This document shows positions 12,248-23,539 of a stretch of DNA of 64,000 nucleotides, piece after piece. Every line of letters begins with the position of its first letter. Position 1 is the first letter of the stretch. Made by a program: the position numbers and the translations under genes. Source of the stretch: Marsupella aquatica (taxonomy: Eukaryota > Plantae > Marchantiophyta); assembly GCA_973895155.1 (NCBI GenBank), contig OZ316891.1, positions 14,539,037 to 14,603,036 of the forward strand. The letters are read 5' to 3'. Under the pieces are notes generated by a model, which saw nothing but the letters and a program-made list of their open reading frames with translations, was not told the origin of the DNA and ran no database searches.

Positions 12248-15200
12248 TTACAAAGGTTCCCAGCATCTCTCTGAACCCTTGGAATGGGCTACACGGTCAA
12301 TCACCTGTGACAGGTTATCCCAGTTGATAGGTTTTGTGAGATACCCATCTAGACCCATAGACTCCAGTGAATCTTTTCCTTTCGTTAGCACATCTGCTGT
12401 CAACGCATAAATAGGTACCAAAGAAGTTTGTCCACCAAGGGCTCGAATTGCTTTAATTGCACTCAACCCGTCAAGGACCGGCATTTGCAAGTCCATAAGT
12501 ATCATATCATGCTGTCCCCTCTGTATTGCATCCACAGCCAGCTGGCCATTACCCACGAGTTCCACCTGCACCGAAATTGCGAAGAATTCGTAAATTCTCT
12601 GCTTTAAAGACAAATGAAGTAACCAGATAGCACTTAGACATGGAACACGTTTCAACGTGGTCAGCTTAACATTTCGTAGGCCTATGAAGAGATTTCAACT
12701 GAGCTGGCAGTTTTGATAACTTGAATCCATTAGCCACTATAACTAGGATTTGCGTAGAGAGAGAGTATACTTACGAGAACTCTAGCTATTTACACTAGGA
12801 AATAAGATCTTCGTGCACATAAAAGTCACAAACCAAAGTCACATACCTCATGGCCATAATGCTTTAACATCTTTTGAATGAGAAGTTGATTCACAGTATT
12901 GTCTTCAGCGACAAGAACCTTCAGAGTCCGGCCCTTCCTTTGGAAAGAGCCAAATCTTTTAAGAAAAGAGACTTTTCCTGAGGACTCGACTTCAAGAGCT
13001 TGCACACCCCTGGAAAGAGGTATACAGAATGCAAACGTGCTACCTTTTCTGGGTTCACTTTCAATCCATATCTTTCCACCCATGACCGTCACAAGGCCCT
13101 TGCAAATTGCAAGACCCAGTCCTGTACCACCGAACTTTCTTGTGGTACTGCTCTCAGCTTGAGAGAAAGACTGAAAAAGTCGACTTTGTTGCTCTTTTGT
13201 AAGACCAATCCCTGAATCCGAAACCCTTACTTGGAACCATATCCTTGGGTCCACCACATCACTATTGCCCATACCCTCGTTGTCTGTGTGGATCAGGTTT
13301 ACGTCTCTTTCAACCTCTGGACAGTTTTGCAGTGCAGGAGGTACACCATCCAGGCCCCAAGCCACAGTATCTTGTTGTGACGGGAGCATGAGAGACTCCT
13401 CGGTTGAATCACAGATGCCAGACTCAGAACAGCTTTCTACGCGCTTCCAGCTGATGCTGATCCCTCCCTCTTCTGTGAACTTGATTGCGTTACTGACCAG
13501 ATTGCTAAGGACCTGTCTTAGCCGATTGGGGTCTCCATATACATACAAATCGTCCTCAGAGGGCAGTTCAATTGACAATCTCAGTTTCTTCTCAGCCAAT
13601 CTACCCTGAAACAGGGCTGATACCTGCTCCAACAATTCGCTGACATCAAAATTAACATCCTCCAGGGCCATGTGGCCAGACTGAATTTTTGAGAAATCAA
13701 GGATTTCATTCAGCACCTGCATTAAGCCCTCCGCAGATCCTTGCATGACCCTCAAGAACCGTGCCTGCTCTGCTGTTAATGAGGTGAGTCGTAAAAGGTC
13801 AAGCATGCCCAATACTCCAGTCATAGGTGTCCGTAGTTCATGGCTCATCATTGCAAGAAACTGAGACTTTGCCATATTGGCTTCCTCAATGGCATCATGG
13901 GCATCCTGTTCGGATGTTATGTCATCAAAAAGCCAAACTCGGCCATGAGCAACAACACTGCTTATTGGATAAGAGCGCACTTGGAGAACACAGCGCGGAT
14001 GCTTCAACACCCAAACCCAGTCTCTGACTTGATTAGGGCTTCCAGCGATCATATTGAGGCACATGTACACATCTGCTACTGCATTACTACGATCAGCAAG
14101 ATGACACATGCCCTGAGCAACCAATTTCGCATCATACTCTCCAGCACAAGGGAATCCCAGCAAATGTGCAGCAGTTGGATTGATCAAGCATTGACCGTGT
14201 CCATCATCTACAAATGCAACCGCCTGAGGCATTTTTTGAAGAATAACATCAAACCGGCGACCCATGCGATCAGAGCACATGGCCCGTACACTACTGGCCA
14301 GTAAGAGAGGCAGAGATTGCCCAGCCTCAGCCATGACAGACTCTGCAACATCGGGAACCTTATCTGGATCCAGCCACAAAGCGTAGCATAGCCCTTCAGA
14401 CCTGCAAAATGCATTGCACAGCAAACTCATACAAATTGTACTTGTACCAGTTACGTCACACCCTAAACTCTAGCTCAAGGATCTGTGTGTAAAAGGACCA
14501 AGCGAGTCTGCTCAACACTTTACAGTGGATAAGAAAGTCAAGTTCGAAAGACCTGTCTTCAGATACACATATATAAGGAGATAGGAAAAAGAAGAAATTG
14601 GAGTCGACATACACTTCACAATAATAACTTAGGCAAGGAAGACGGCTAACCCTTCAGCATGAAAGTGAGTTGCAAGAAAGCGTTTGGGTCTGGCTCCAAG
14701 GACAGCCGTCAGCATACTCGGAAGGAGCAAGCTGTCCGTGCTGCATACCTACAAAAGACAAAGAACAAAGTCACTCAGGGGAAGGGTTTGCAAACACCAT
14801 GCTGTTTAAAAAACAGATATCCCGCATCGATTGATGAAAAGGATATATCAGCCTGAATCAGTACAATACCACTCCACTTCAAAGTTGTGAGATGGACAGG
14901 ATTTGCACAAATCCGGAACGATCATCAAGACACGTTAACAGCTAAGTCTCAGAACGCCTACTCCGTGGCTGCATTGATCTTAAGGGAAAGATTTGGTATT
15001 CAAATTTGGCTACTGTAGAACATACTCATTCCTCTTTCTATTCGTACACCAGGGAACTAATGCAATAACGAAAATCACCCTAAAGGATTCTCATCCACTC
15101 ACTGGAGAGAGTTTGAAGTGGCGAGAGGTGCTGCAATATTATGTACTAAGGCTCGCTCGTTTGCCCTTTTTGAGGTAGACAATATATAGCGCACGATGGC

Positions 15201-16195
15201 AGAGTTATTCATTTCATAACATGTAGATAGACAGTTCCATTAACGTTGAGTGCAACCTCAGAACGAGAAAAACTCTTTCAACCGTATCACACGACAGATG
15301 ATCTCCTTCACTTGATCAACGAATCATGTTATGATTAAATGACAGGTAGTGACATTAAACTATTCCATGTCAGTGGGGGAGGTCACCCACCACGCCCAGA
15401 ATCATAGATCAACTCTTGGTTGATTCTAACACAGGTCAGGCGGCTAGGGAAGTGATTCTCACAAGGACAACTTGCAGACAGAAGAACCAAGCCAATGTGA
15501 GAGACAGCCACTTAATGGCGAACCGCAACAATTGAATTAGAGAGAAAGAAGTATCACACCTCACATCGTGTTGAAGCAGACAACGCAGACTTGGAGAAGC
15601 GTAGCGGCACTGTGACTAAACCCTTTGGGACGCACAGAACAGTTTCAGCTAGCCGCAACGGATTTTGAAGAATGGCAGCAATAACAAGGTCACATTGCAA
15701 TGACGTCGCTACCACTTGTAGAACAGAGTGGGGAAGGTCGGAGTGCTCACTGCCTGCTTTGTCCCCCAAAGGCAACTGAGGCTTAAACTCTCCTGAATAT
15801 CCCCCTGGAGGAATCCCTAAGATATTCGCCGCAACTCCCCCACTTCCAGTGGAACTTGGAGTTCCAGAATTTGCTCGAACATACATCCTATCGTTGTCAC
15901 ATCCAAGAACAGAAGACCTCACTAGTTCTACATCTTTCACTGCAGGAGGCCTGGAGAAATCTGGTAGAATCCCACCAGCAGCGCAGGCAACAGGGGCACC
16001 CTCCTGACCTTCACACGGTACTGTTTGCCAACACTCATTCTGCTTCGGTCGTTCACTACCAAGACCTCTAGTCTCAGTACACACACCTGTACCATCACTA
16101 GAAGTACGCTGACCCTCACCTACCTCCAAACTAGGGGTCGTTTCTATCGAACTACTAATTCCCATTCGTTTCGAACTTGACATAAACGAGTCCAT
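12248..16195 (-). CDS. Cytosolic hybrid sensor histidine kinase: disordered N-term, GAF-like region, PAS, HisKA, HATPase_c, REC (about 868 aa, 4 exons)
   Basis: Exons 16195-15560, 14748-14651, 14401-12847 and 12565-12248 total 2607 nt, in frame, all GT-AG. Kinase boxes: H-box AMMSHELRTP, N-box VLSNLVSNAIKFT, G1 VSDSGIG, F-box LFQSFSQ, G2 GGTGLGL. Receiver motifs: VAEDN, ILMDLQMPVLDG, YALTA, YLTKP. PAS signature: ILQKMPQAVAFVD...INPTAAHLLG...GRVWLFDDIT. No transmembrane segment seen. The GAF-like call is tentative. Confidence 0.92.
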
Positions 16196-16431
16196 GAGCA
16201 ATCCAACTTGTCCAACATTGCACCTACCCTAAAGGAACCACATTCTGAAGACGTCGCATGACACCGCCTAATAGCCCACTACCCGAATCCCTCCATCCAG
16301 CTCTTAAAAGCTGCTTAGTGGATCAAACTAGCCTTACGACGAACTGGTTAATCTCACTACATCTGTCTCTACTTACTAAAAATACTAGAACTACATAGGA
16401 ATCACTGCATTGTTAAGGAACTGTCACTGGT

Positions 16432-18262
16432 TCAAACCCCTATGGTTCCCATAATGTGATGCTTCAACACAGGAACGACAACTTCTGGGGAGCTCAATTG
16501 TGGTAAATGACCAGCTGTTGGGAAAACCTCGACAATAGTCTTTCCCCCTAAAGACTGCTTCAAATACTCCGACACGACAACCGGTACAGCCAAATCCATG
16601 TGACTCTGCAGTATGTGGCAAGGTACAATTACTTGCGAAAGGACACCCCTGAGATCACTTTGAAAAATGGTTTTAGCTACGCTGAAGGCAATATCAGGCC
16701 GAATGTTAAAAAGAGTTCGGCTGAACTCCTGCACTGACGAGGACTCAATATCTGCGCCAATAACCAGAGGGGCAAATCCAGACACCCAAGCTTTAAAGTT
16801 GGATTGCATAGCTTCAAAGAGTTGATTGAGATCTTCCTGCTCAAAACCTCCAAAATAGTTTGCATCGTTCAAGTACCTGCACATAAAGATATGCAGAACC
16901 GTGAAAATTTGATTACTTCAGGCACAACAAGGCTTCTCATTTCAAATACGACTTTTGCTGAATGCGAAACAGTGTCCAGAATTGGAACTTGACTAGAAAA
17001 AGGGATGCAGAGAACTCTATACACTGCAGACTAAGAGAGGATCAAGTTCTCTAGCTATGCTTGATTTTCCATGTTGCTTGCAGGCACGAAAACCGATCTC
17101 TCTAGTCATAATATGTTCACAATCTAGGTTTGCTTAACAAACATGCGACTTCGGAAAAAATATCTAGTAAGAGCGTTAATCACATAGGGCAACTTGACAT
17201 CGTCCTAGGTAACATAGTCCGTGCAGAACACTCCCACCAACATTCCCAATCCGACAGCTTCCGTGTTCGCACCAAAGGGGTTGCCATTTTCAAATAACGC
17301 ATGCAATACAAATCGCGTCTTGACTTTCCATAAAACCGATCAACGGCAAGGCTATATACTACTAAGAGGGTCTCCCTGACCCTCAACTGAAAAGCAGTCA
17401 GTGTTTGCGCCTTGGCGCTAGGAGCTAAACAACTGAGATGATTATCGTAGTGCAGACAACATATTGAACTTTGTTTCGTTGTAGTCCCTCCTACCGAGCT
17501 TGTGCAAAGAGTTCAAAGACTCCGCCGTAAAAAGCAAGATGCTGATAACTGATTCTACTGGATGACTGATAGATGAGTCCCTCCTACTAAGCTTATGCAA
17601 GGAGTTCAACAACTTCGCGGTGAGAAGCAAGATGTTCAAACTAACTTTACTGGATGACATGCAGATGACATGGCTTGGACAAACCAACAGAGCACTGCAT
17701 ACTGAGAACATTTGAGGTCGCCGCAGTAAGCGACAGCCACAGAGAGTTCTTCCTATGAGTTCGCACAGGAAACACATTACTATGAACATGTCAGGCCGAA
17801 ACTTGTCCCGCACAAGTGTCAGCTTCATTTTAAGTGTTTACATAAGCAGTCATTCTGAGACACGTTGCGATGGTACCGAGAGCACAGCGCAACATACCTT
17901 GGAGAGGCCGATATCATGATAATCTTGGAGAATAAGTGGGGCTTCTCGATAGATGCAAGGCATCCCACCATACCAGAAACCGAGTGACCCACATAGATGC
18001 ACGATTCAATTTCCAGCTCGTCTAAGATTGCAAGCAGGTCGTCAGCATAGCCATGCAGTGTAGAGTAGCGGTTGAAGTTGAAGTAATCAGGGTTTGTTGT
18101 CCCTGCCCCCATGTTGTCGAAGAGAATAAGCCGGTAGTCATCAACCAGTTGAGGTACAACATGTTTCCAGACAGATTGATCAGTGCCGAACCCATGTCCC
18201 AACACGACCAGTTCTTCGCCAGAACCAACTATCCGCACATTGTGGGCCTCAAGTAGAGACAT
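16432..18262 (-). CDS. KAI2: KARRIKIN INSENSITIVE 2-type alpha/beta-hydrolase receptor (269 aa, 2 exons)
   Basis: Exons 18262-17898 and 16876-16432 total 810 nt. The intron interrupts SPR|YLND, the usual KAI2/D14 position. Motifs [32 protein letters not shown] and [14 protein letters not shown]. The catalytic triad is intact (GHSVS, DLAVP, GHLPQLS). Confidence 0.95.
17484..17662. repeat. 93-bp tandem duplication in the KAI2 intron
   Basis: GTCCCTCCTAC..AGCTT.TGCAA.GAGTTCAA..ACT.CGC.GT...AAGCAAGATG...TACTGGATGAC occurs at 17484 and 17577. Confidence 0.75.
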
Positions 18263-19644
18263 GCCGCAATCAAGGATGTGCAACTTTGCACATTACGCAA
18301 GAGTCATTCTCTAGTTAGCCCCTAATTCACTTTCCTACGACAAATGTACAGTTCGTCGTTCGTCTGATGTTGTCGTTACAAGAGAGCGGCCACAGGACAT
18401 TGAAACCATCAAAGCAATCTATTCAAGCGATTGCACTGCTACACGTTCCCGCGTCGCAGGACCTGTCGTCGGCAAAAAGAGAAAACAACAGAAAGTGAGA
18501 TATCCATCCATCCATCCAAGCAAAACTTATGCGGAATGAGGAAACACAAGCACAAGACATCCATGTCCCTGTACGCAGCAGAGCCAAAAATAAGTCGACC
18601 ATTGATTAGATTTCCAGTCTCCAGATATCGCGTGTATCTTTCCTTTGGTCTACAAAACTAGAACTTATTTAGGATTGTCAAACTTCGTCCGCCGGACATG
18701 AAACACCGACACTGCAGCTCAATTGCGACGGACTTCATCCTTCCTAGTTTCGTACAGTAGATCAAAATCACAATACGAACCGCACCTCTCGGGCCAGATT
18801 TCCAGCTACGACCACAAGCATCCGAGCAAGGCACAGCGGGATTCACAAAATGACATCGCTGGCCCGGAAATTCCGCGGAAGGGAGAGCGGAACGCCCCAG
18901 ACTGTAACGCAAGGTTGCAATGCAAAACACGCATCACGCACCCATTCGGGTATGACAGATCGTCGGCTTATAGCTGCGAAGTTGGCAGACCACCGTGGTG
19001 ATGCGCAGGAGGAGGAGGCGAAGGAGGCACTTTCTTCGACGATCGATGCTTCGACCCGTCCGCTTGTCGTGCTACAAACGACATTGATGGAGCTCGTATG
19101 CGCGTGGGTCACGAAGCGCAAGTTGGCTTGATTCCCCTCCTCCTCGTTCCTCAACTTGCATCGAGTGATGCAGAGCATCGAATCGGATCAACTTACATAG
19201 GATATCATTTGTAATAAGCAAGCTTTTTACTTCTTACCAGCCTGAGTACTCGTTCCATTCTAAACAGAGGTGGGTAGAAAATAGTTTTACTTATCACCTA
19301 TATATATATATATATTATATATTATATTAATAATATATCAAATTGCAAAAAACAAGGGCCCCCAAGTGGCAGACAGGATCCCACAGGGGCTAAAGGCCCA
19401 ATCAAGAGAGCCACAAGAGAGCCAAAAGGCCCAATCATGAAGAAGCCACAAGAGAGCCAAAACGCCCAATCAAGGCAAAACAGCCAAAAAGCCCAAAGGA
19501 ACAGGGCAAAAAGCCTGATTAGTAGCTTGATTACGTGTTCCTTGATTGTAACATGTGTAGAGACGAGGAATTTATTTTTTTGCAGAAAATAGTATTCCAT
19601 GCTATTCATTTTTGGCCCTACCCCTGGTTTTTTGTGTCTGCACG

Positions 19645-21691
19645 TTCTCTATAAAACACTGAAAGTTACAAAGAGACCCAGTAGAGATCGTAAACAAGGG
19701 AAATTCTTCTCTATTAAATACAAATATACACACTTTTTATATACAAAGGGACCAAACAGAGTACAAATGAACAAACAAAAGAGGGCCCAAGTGGACAAAA
19801 CCAATCGAAAAAGAAGTGAGCAAAAGGGAACCACTAAACACCAAGAAAGAGGAACTAAAAGTAAGAAATGAACAATAGGGAACCCCTAAAAACCAAGAAA
19901 GAGAGAGAGACTAAAACTAACCCAAGCGGACCGAGGTCCTCATCATTCCTACCGATTGTGGCAAAAAGCTAATGGTCCACATCAAGAGTCAAAACTAGAT
20001 CGGCAAGTGGGATTGGAACATCCTCAAGGGGAGCTAGCCGCTGCGGAGGCACACTAGCACCCACTGTAAGAGATCGACGATAGATGGCCCGAGCTTGAGC
20101 ACGCTGTAAGGTGACTGAAATGCGTTGGCGAAAGTGCGTGGTCAAAATAGAAAGCGGGGGTCCGGTGGGACCCATTCGGCCATGAACATCCCGGGCAGCT
20201 TGCCGAAGAAGCCCATTAAACTGAGGATGAAGACGCCCAAATAGCTCCACAGCAAGGGGGAGGAAGCTGTCGGATGAAGCTCGTGCAGCATATTTGGCCT
20301 CCTTCGTTGTTGCCGCACGTGACGCTGCTGCCCCTGCCGTAGTTGCCGCTGTCCCAATGATGTCTTGGCGCAATGGGTTTGCCACCACAACATCTGCCAA
20401 AGTACGTTGACCCTCACGGACCATGGTAAGATCCACCCGTAACCGCTGTGATGGAGGACCAGGTAACTCGAGTACCACCTCCCGCCGCACGCATACCAAA
20501 GAGCCAGAGAGAACCTGAGCAGTCGCATCTCGCACAGCGTCGTGAACAATAATGGTTTCACCTCCCAAACTGCACCGAAGAAGATGGACACTTGTGGCAT
20601 CACAAGGTTTCCCACAAGTGCAAGAAGGAGGTAAACCTACAAGAAGTGGGTGGGGCAGCCCCAGACGAAGACGCATGGCTGTGGAGAACTCCGTTGAAGA
20701 CATCCGCAAATGAGGAATGACTGGATTGGCCTGAAGCCATCCACCTGCGCCCTTCCCTCCGGAAGAAAGAATCCGAGCTCGGTCCGTGTCAGGTGCCTCG
20801 GAGAGGATGCTGGAAAGGGTGAAAGTGTGCATATGCCCAGCGAGGTCTGCCTGAAGACGAACGGGATCCAAGGATAAAAACTCATGGAAAGAAGGTAACG
20901 CGGCGCGAACGGGATCTGGTAATGAGGACCGCGCTGCGCGCAAATGAACCTGAAACGGGAGGGAACCCTCCTCTACCTCCATGAGAGATGAAAGTAAAAA
21001 AGGGCGATCCTCAATAAGAAAACGATCGGCCAACAACGAGAAGGCGGCCGCCCATGCACCCAAAAAGGCCAAAGGTGCAAGGCTCTCAATGGAAGTAAGC
21101 CCAAAACCACCCTGCGAAATAGGAAGACTGAGTTGTCGATGAAGCCACGGAGATGAGAGCAACGTACCCGGACCTAAAAGAGAGGCCAGGGTCTGACGAA
21201 TGGAGACATCAAATGCTCGAAGGTGGAGACAAAGATCCTCGGTAGGGGGATGCGTCCTAGCCAGATAAGACGCACGAGGGTGGATGCACCTCAACAACAT
21301 CCCAAATGCTGCCTGAGAATCTGCTAACTTAGGGAGCATAGGAGTATGGGCTAAGGCAGCCTGTATAGAGTCAGCGATGAAAGATGAGCAAAAGGAGGCG
21401 GTACCGACTGGGGAGCCAAGGACCCGAAGACCATCGGCTGGACGTAAGAACCCTGGGGGAAGCACAAGATCAGAGGGTAACCCAGCTGGACTCCATGCAC
21501 GACTCTTCACAGGCTGAACTCGTAAACCGAGGCCCATCAAATGGGTGGAAAGAGTGGCGAGGGCAGAAGTAACCGCGGCAGGAGGACCAATGATGTGGGT
21601 GTCATCTGAAAGGGAGGAGAAGATACACTGGGGGTGGGCCATGGCAGCTTCCCGTAAAGCTGTAAAATGGGCAATGGCAAAAAGAGGCCCA
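19645..21691 (-). mobile_element. 5'-truncated non-LTR retrotransposon with C-terminal restriction-like endonuclease (CRE/R2-group)
   Basis: ORF 21642-19969 is open upstream to about 21690 (GPLFAIAHFTAL, RT domain 4). It has the RT motif SLSDDTHIIG, the thumb motif LPISQGGFGL, a Zn knuckle CTCGKPCDATSVHLLRC, and the RLE motifs HDAVRD...RVDL...ADVVV...KEAKY. About 300 bp of 3' UTR follows. Confidence 0.85.
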
Positions 21692-21699
21692 TTTAATGG

Positions 21700-22045
21700 G
21701 TTCTCTATTAAATCCTGAACTTTACAAAGAGGCCCAATACAGGTGGCAAACGGGAAGTTCTTCTCTATAAAGCACTGAAAACTTTAAAGAGACCCAATAA
21801 TGGTGGCAAACAAGGGCGATTATTCTCTATAAAATACTGAAAATACCCAGTCCAGGTGGTAAATAAACCAGGAAATTTTTTCTCTATAAATCACTGAAAA
21901 TTACAAAGAAAACCCCCCAAAAGGTGGAAAACAGGTGAAATTCTTCTCTATAAAACACTGAGATTCACAAAGGGACCCAATGAAGAATATAAACAAGGGA
22001 AATTCTTCTCTATAGAAACACGGAAAATTACAAAGGGAATGAAAA
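21700..22045 (-). repeat. ~60-bp degenerate tandem array (about 6 units) resembling the retroelement 3' end
   Basis: TTCTCTATAAA..ACTGAAA.TTACAAAG.G.CCC...AAACA.GG.AA.TT recurs at about 21701, 21761, 21823, 21880, 21944 and 22006. The same unit sits at 19645-19720. Confidence 0.8.
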
Positions 22046-23539
22046 AATCACGAAGGGCATCAAAGAGTAGAATAGGGACTGTTATCTACTAAGCAATGGT
22101 TTGCGAAGCGCATGGGGCCCATGTCCAGACAAGTTGGTTCCCCAATCCGTAGGACCGGGGTCCTAGACTGACAATAGGGCAGGTCGTATCTCTGCTCACA
22201 TGGCGTTTGGGTGCGTGAGCACCTGGAAGTACACAGCGCAATCAAACTACTGTACTACTTTACCGTAGGTCCATGACCAAAGCTTGTGGTCACAATAAAT
22301 GGCTGAATTGTACCTCCTCAAACTCGAGCCCAAGCTTAGGGCCGTCTTCCTCAACAAGGCTGTATCTTTGTCAAGAAGGTGCACCACTTGTATTATTTAG
22401 ATTTGGAATTAATTTTGGGACCCTTTTTAATCTTTGCTATCCTAGAGATCTACTATCCCCCTAGTTTTAGATTTCAAATAGTCAAAACTCCAATCTCTAC
22501 TGAAGAATTTCCAACGGAAGAAGTAGAGTGTCAGATATGAATGTGAACAATATGGACAACTAGTGTGGTAAGTTCCCCTCACGACTTGTTTCAGAAGAGC
22601 TTATGATTTTGGTTGAATTGAGTGTCATTGCCTAAGGCAATTTTTACCTTATGTGCACAACTCTTTAATATCTTTCTACCATAAGAGTTATATTTATTTT
22701 TGGTCATTATCTGTTTTTCTTTGCATGTGCCCTACTTTTAATTCTTCTATTGGATTTTATCCTAAAGAAATTAAATCACTTACACATCATTATAAGGCAA
22801 AAAGTGAAACATGACAAAAGTGAAACAAGTTCCGGTATGAGCATGCTATAATCATGTGGACCTGGTATTATTGTTATCCCATCCACATCAAACAGCTTAG
22901 TTTGGTGATTATCTTGGGGAGGTTTCACTTGAGTTGGATGGTTGAGATCCATCATAGACTTCACAATAATGATAAAATGAAATCATAACACGTAGCCCAT
23001 GCAAAAGGCAGGGGTGATTTTAAACAATTGAGTCTGGCGCTTATCTTGGGGAGGTTTAACTAGATTTGGAGGGTTGGGATTATTGTAAAAATGAAAAGAA
23101 ATAGGGAGTGTCAAAGCTACTGCAGCTGCCCTAAGGGCAGGGCACTTTATTGGCAGCGAGCCTGAGAGTTATGGAATTTATGACCGAAACAAAACCCCAT
23201 ACTTAGACCAACAACTATCTATTGAGAAGAGATAGATAGCTTAGGGTCTAGATATCTATCCTCAATGAATCAATTTAATATAACTTGGAGATAAAGATAA
23301 AACAACATATTCTAACAAAAAATGAACATAGTTGAAAAATGAATATAGACCTAAGGGTGGTCTCAAACAAGAAAAATAAAAACATTAAGAGGGGGTCAAA
23401 GTAATTCAAAGTCCAAAACTACAAAAGACTCACCTTTTCTAGATTAATCCAAAACAGAAATACATATAAAAAGTATCAATAAGACAAAGTAATTTGAGTA
23501 GGCTCCCTAACAAGGTAACACCAATAATTTATTTGACAA

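Noticed and set aside
17442-17828. 128-aa ORF overlapping the end of the KAI2 exon-1 ORF
   Set aside because: It lies inside the KAI2 intron and is partly produced by the 93-bp duplication.
12248-18262. Bacterial contamination or very recent HGT as the explanation for the operon-like KAI2-HK pair
   Set aside because: Both genes carry spliceosomal introns, KAI2 has the plant intron position and plant-type sequence, and the flanks are plant repeats.
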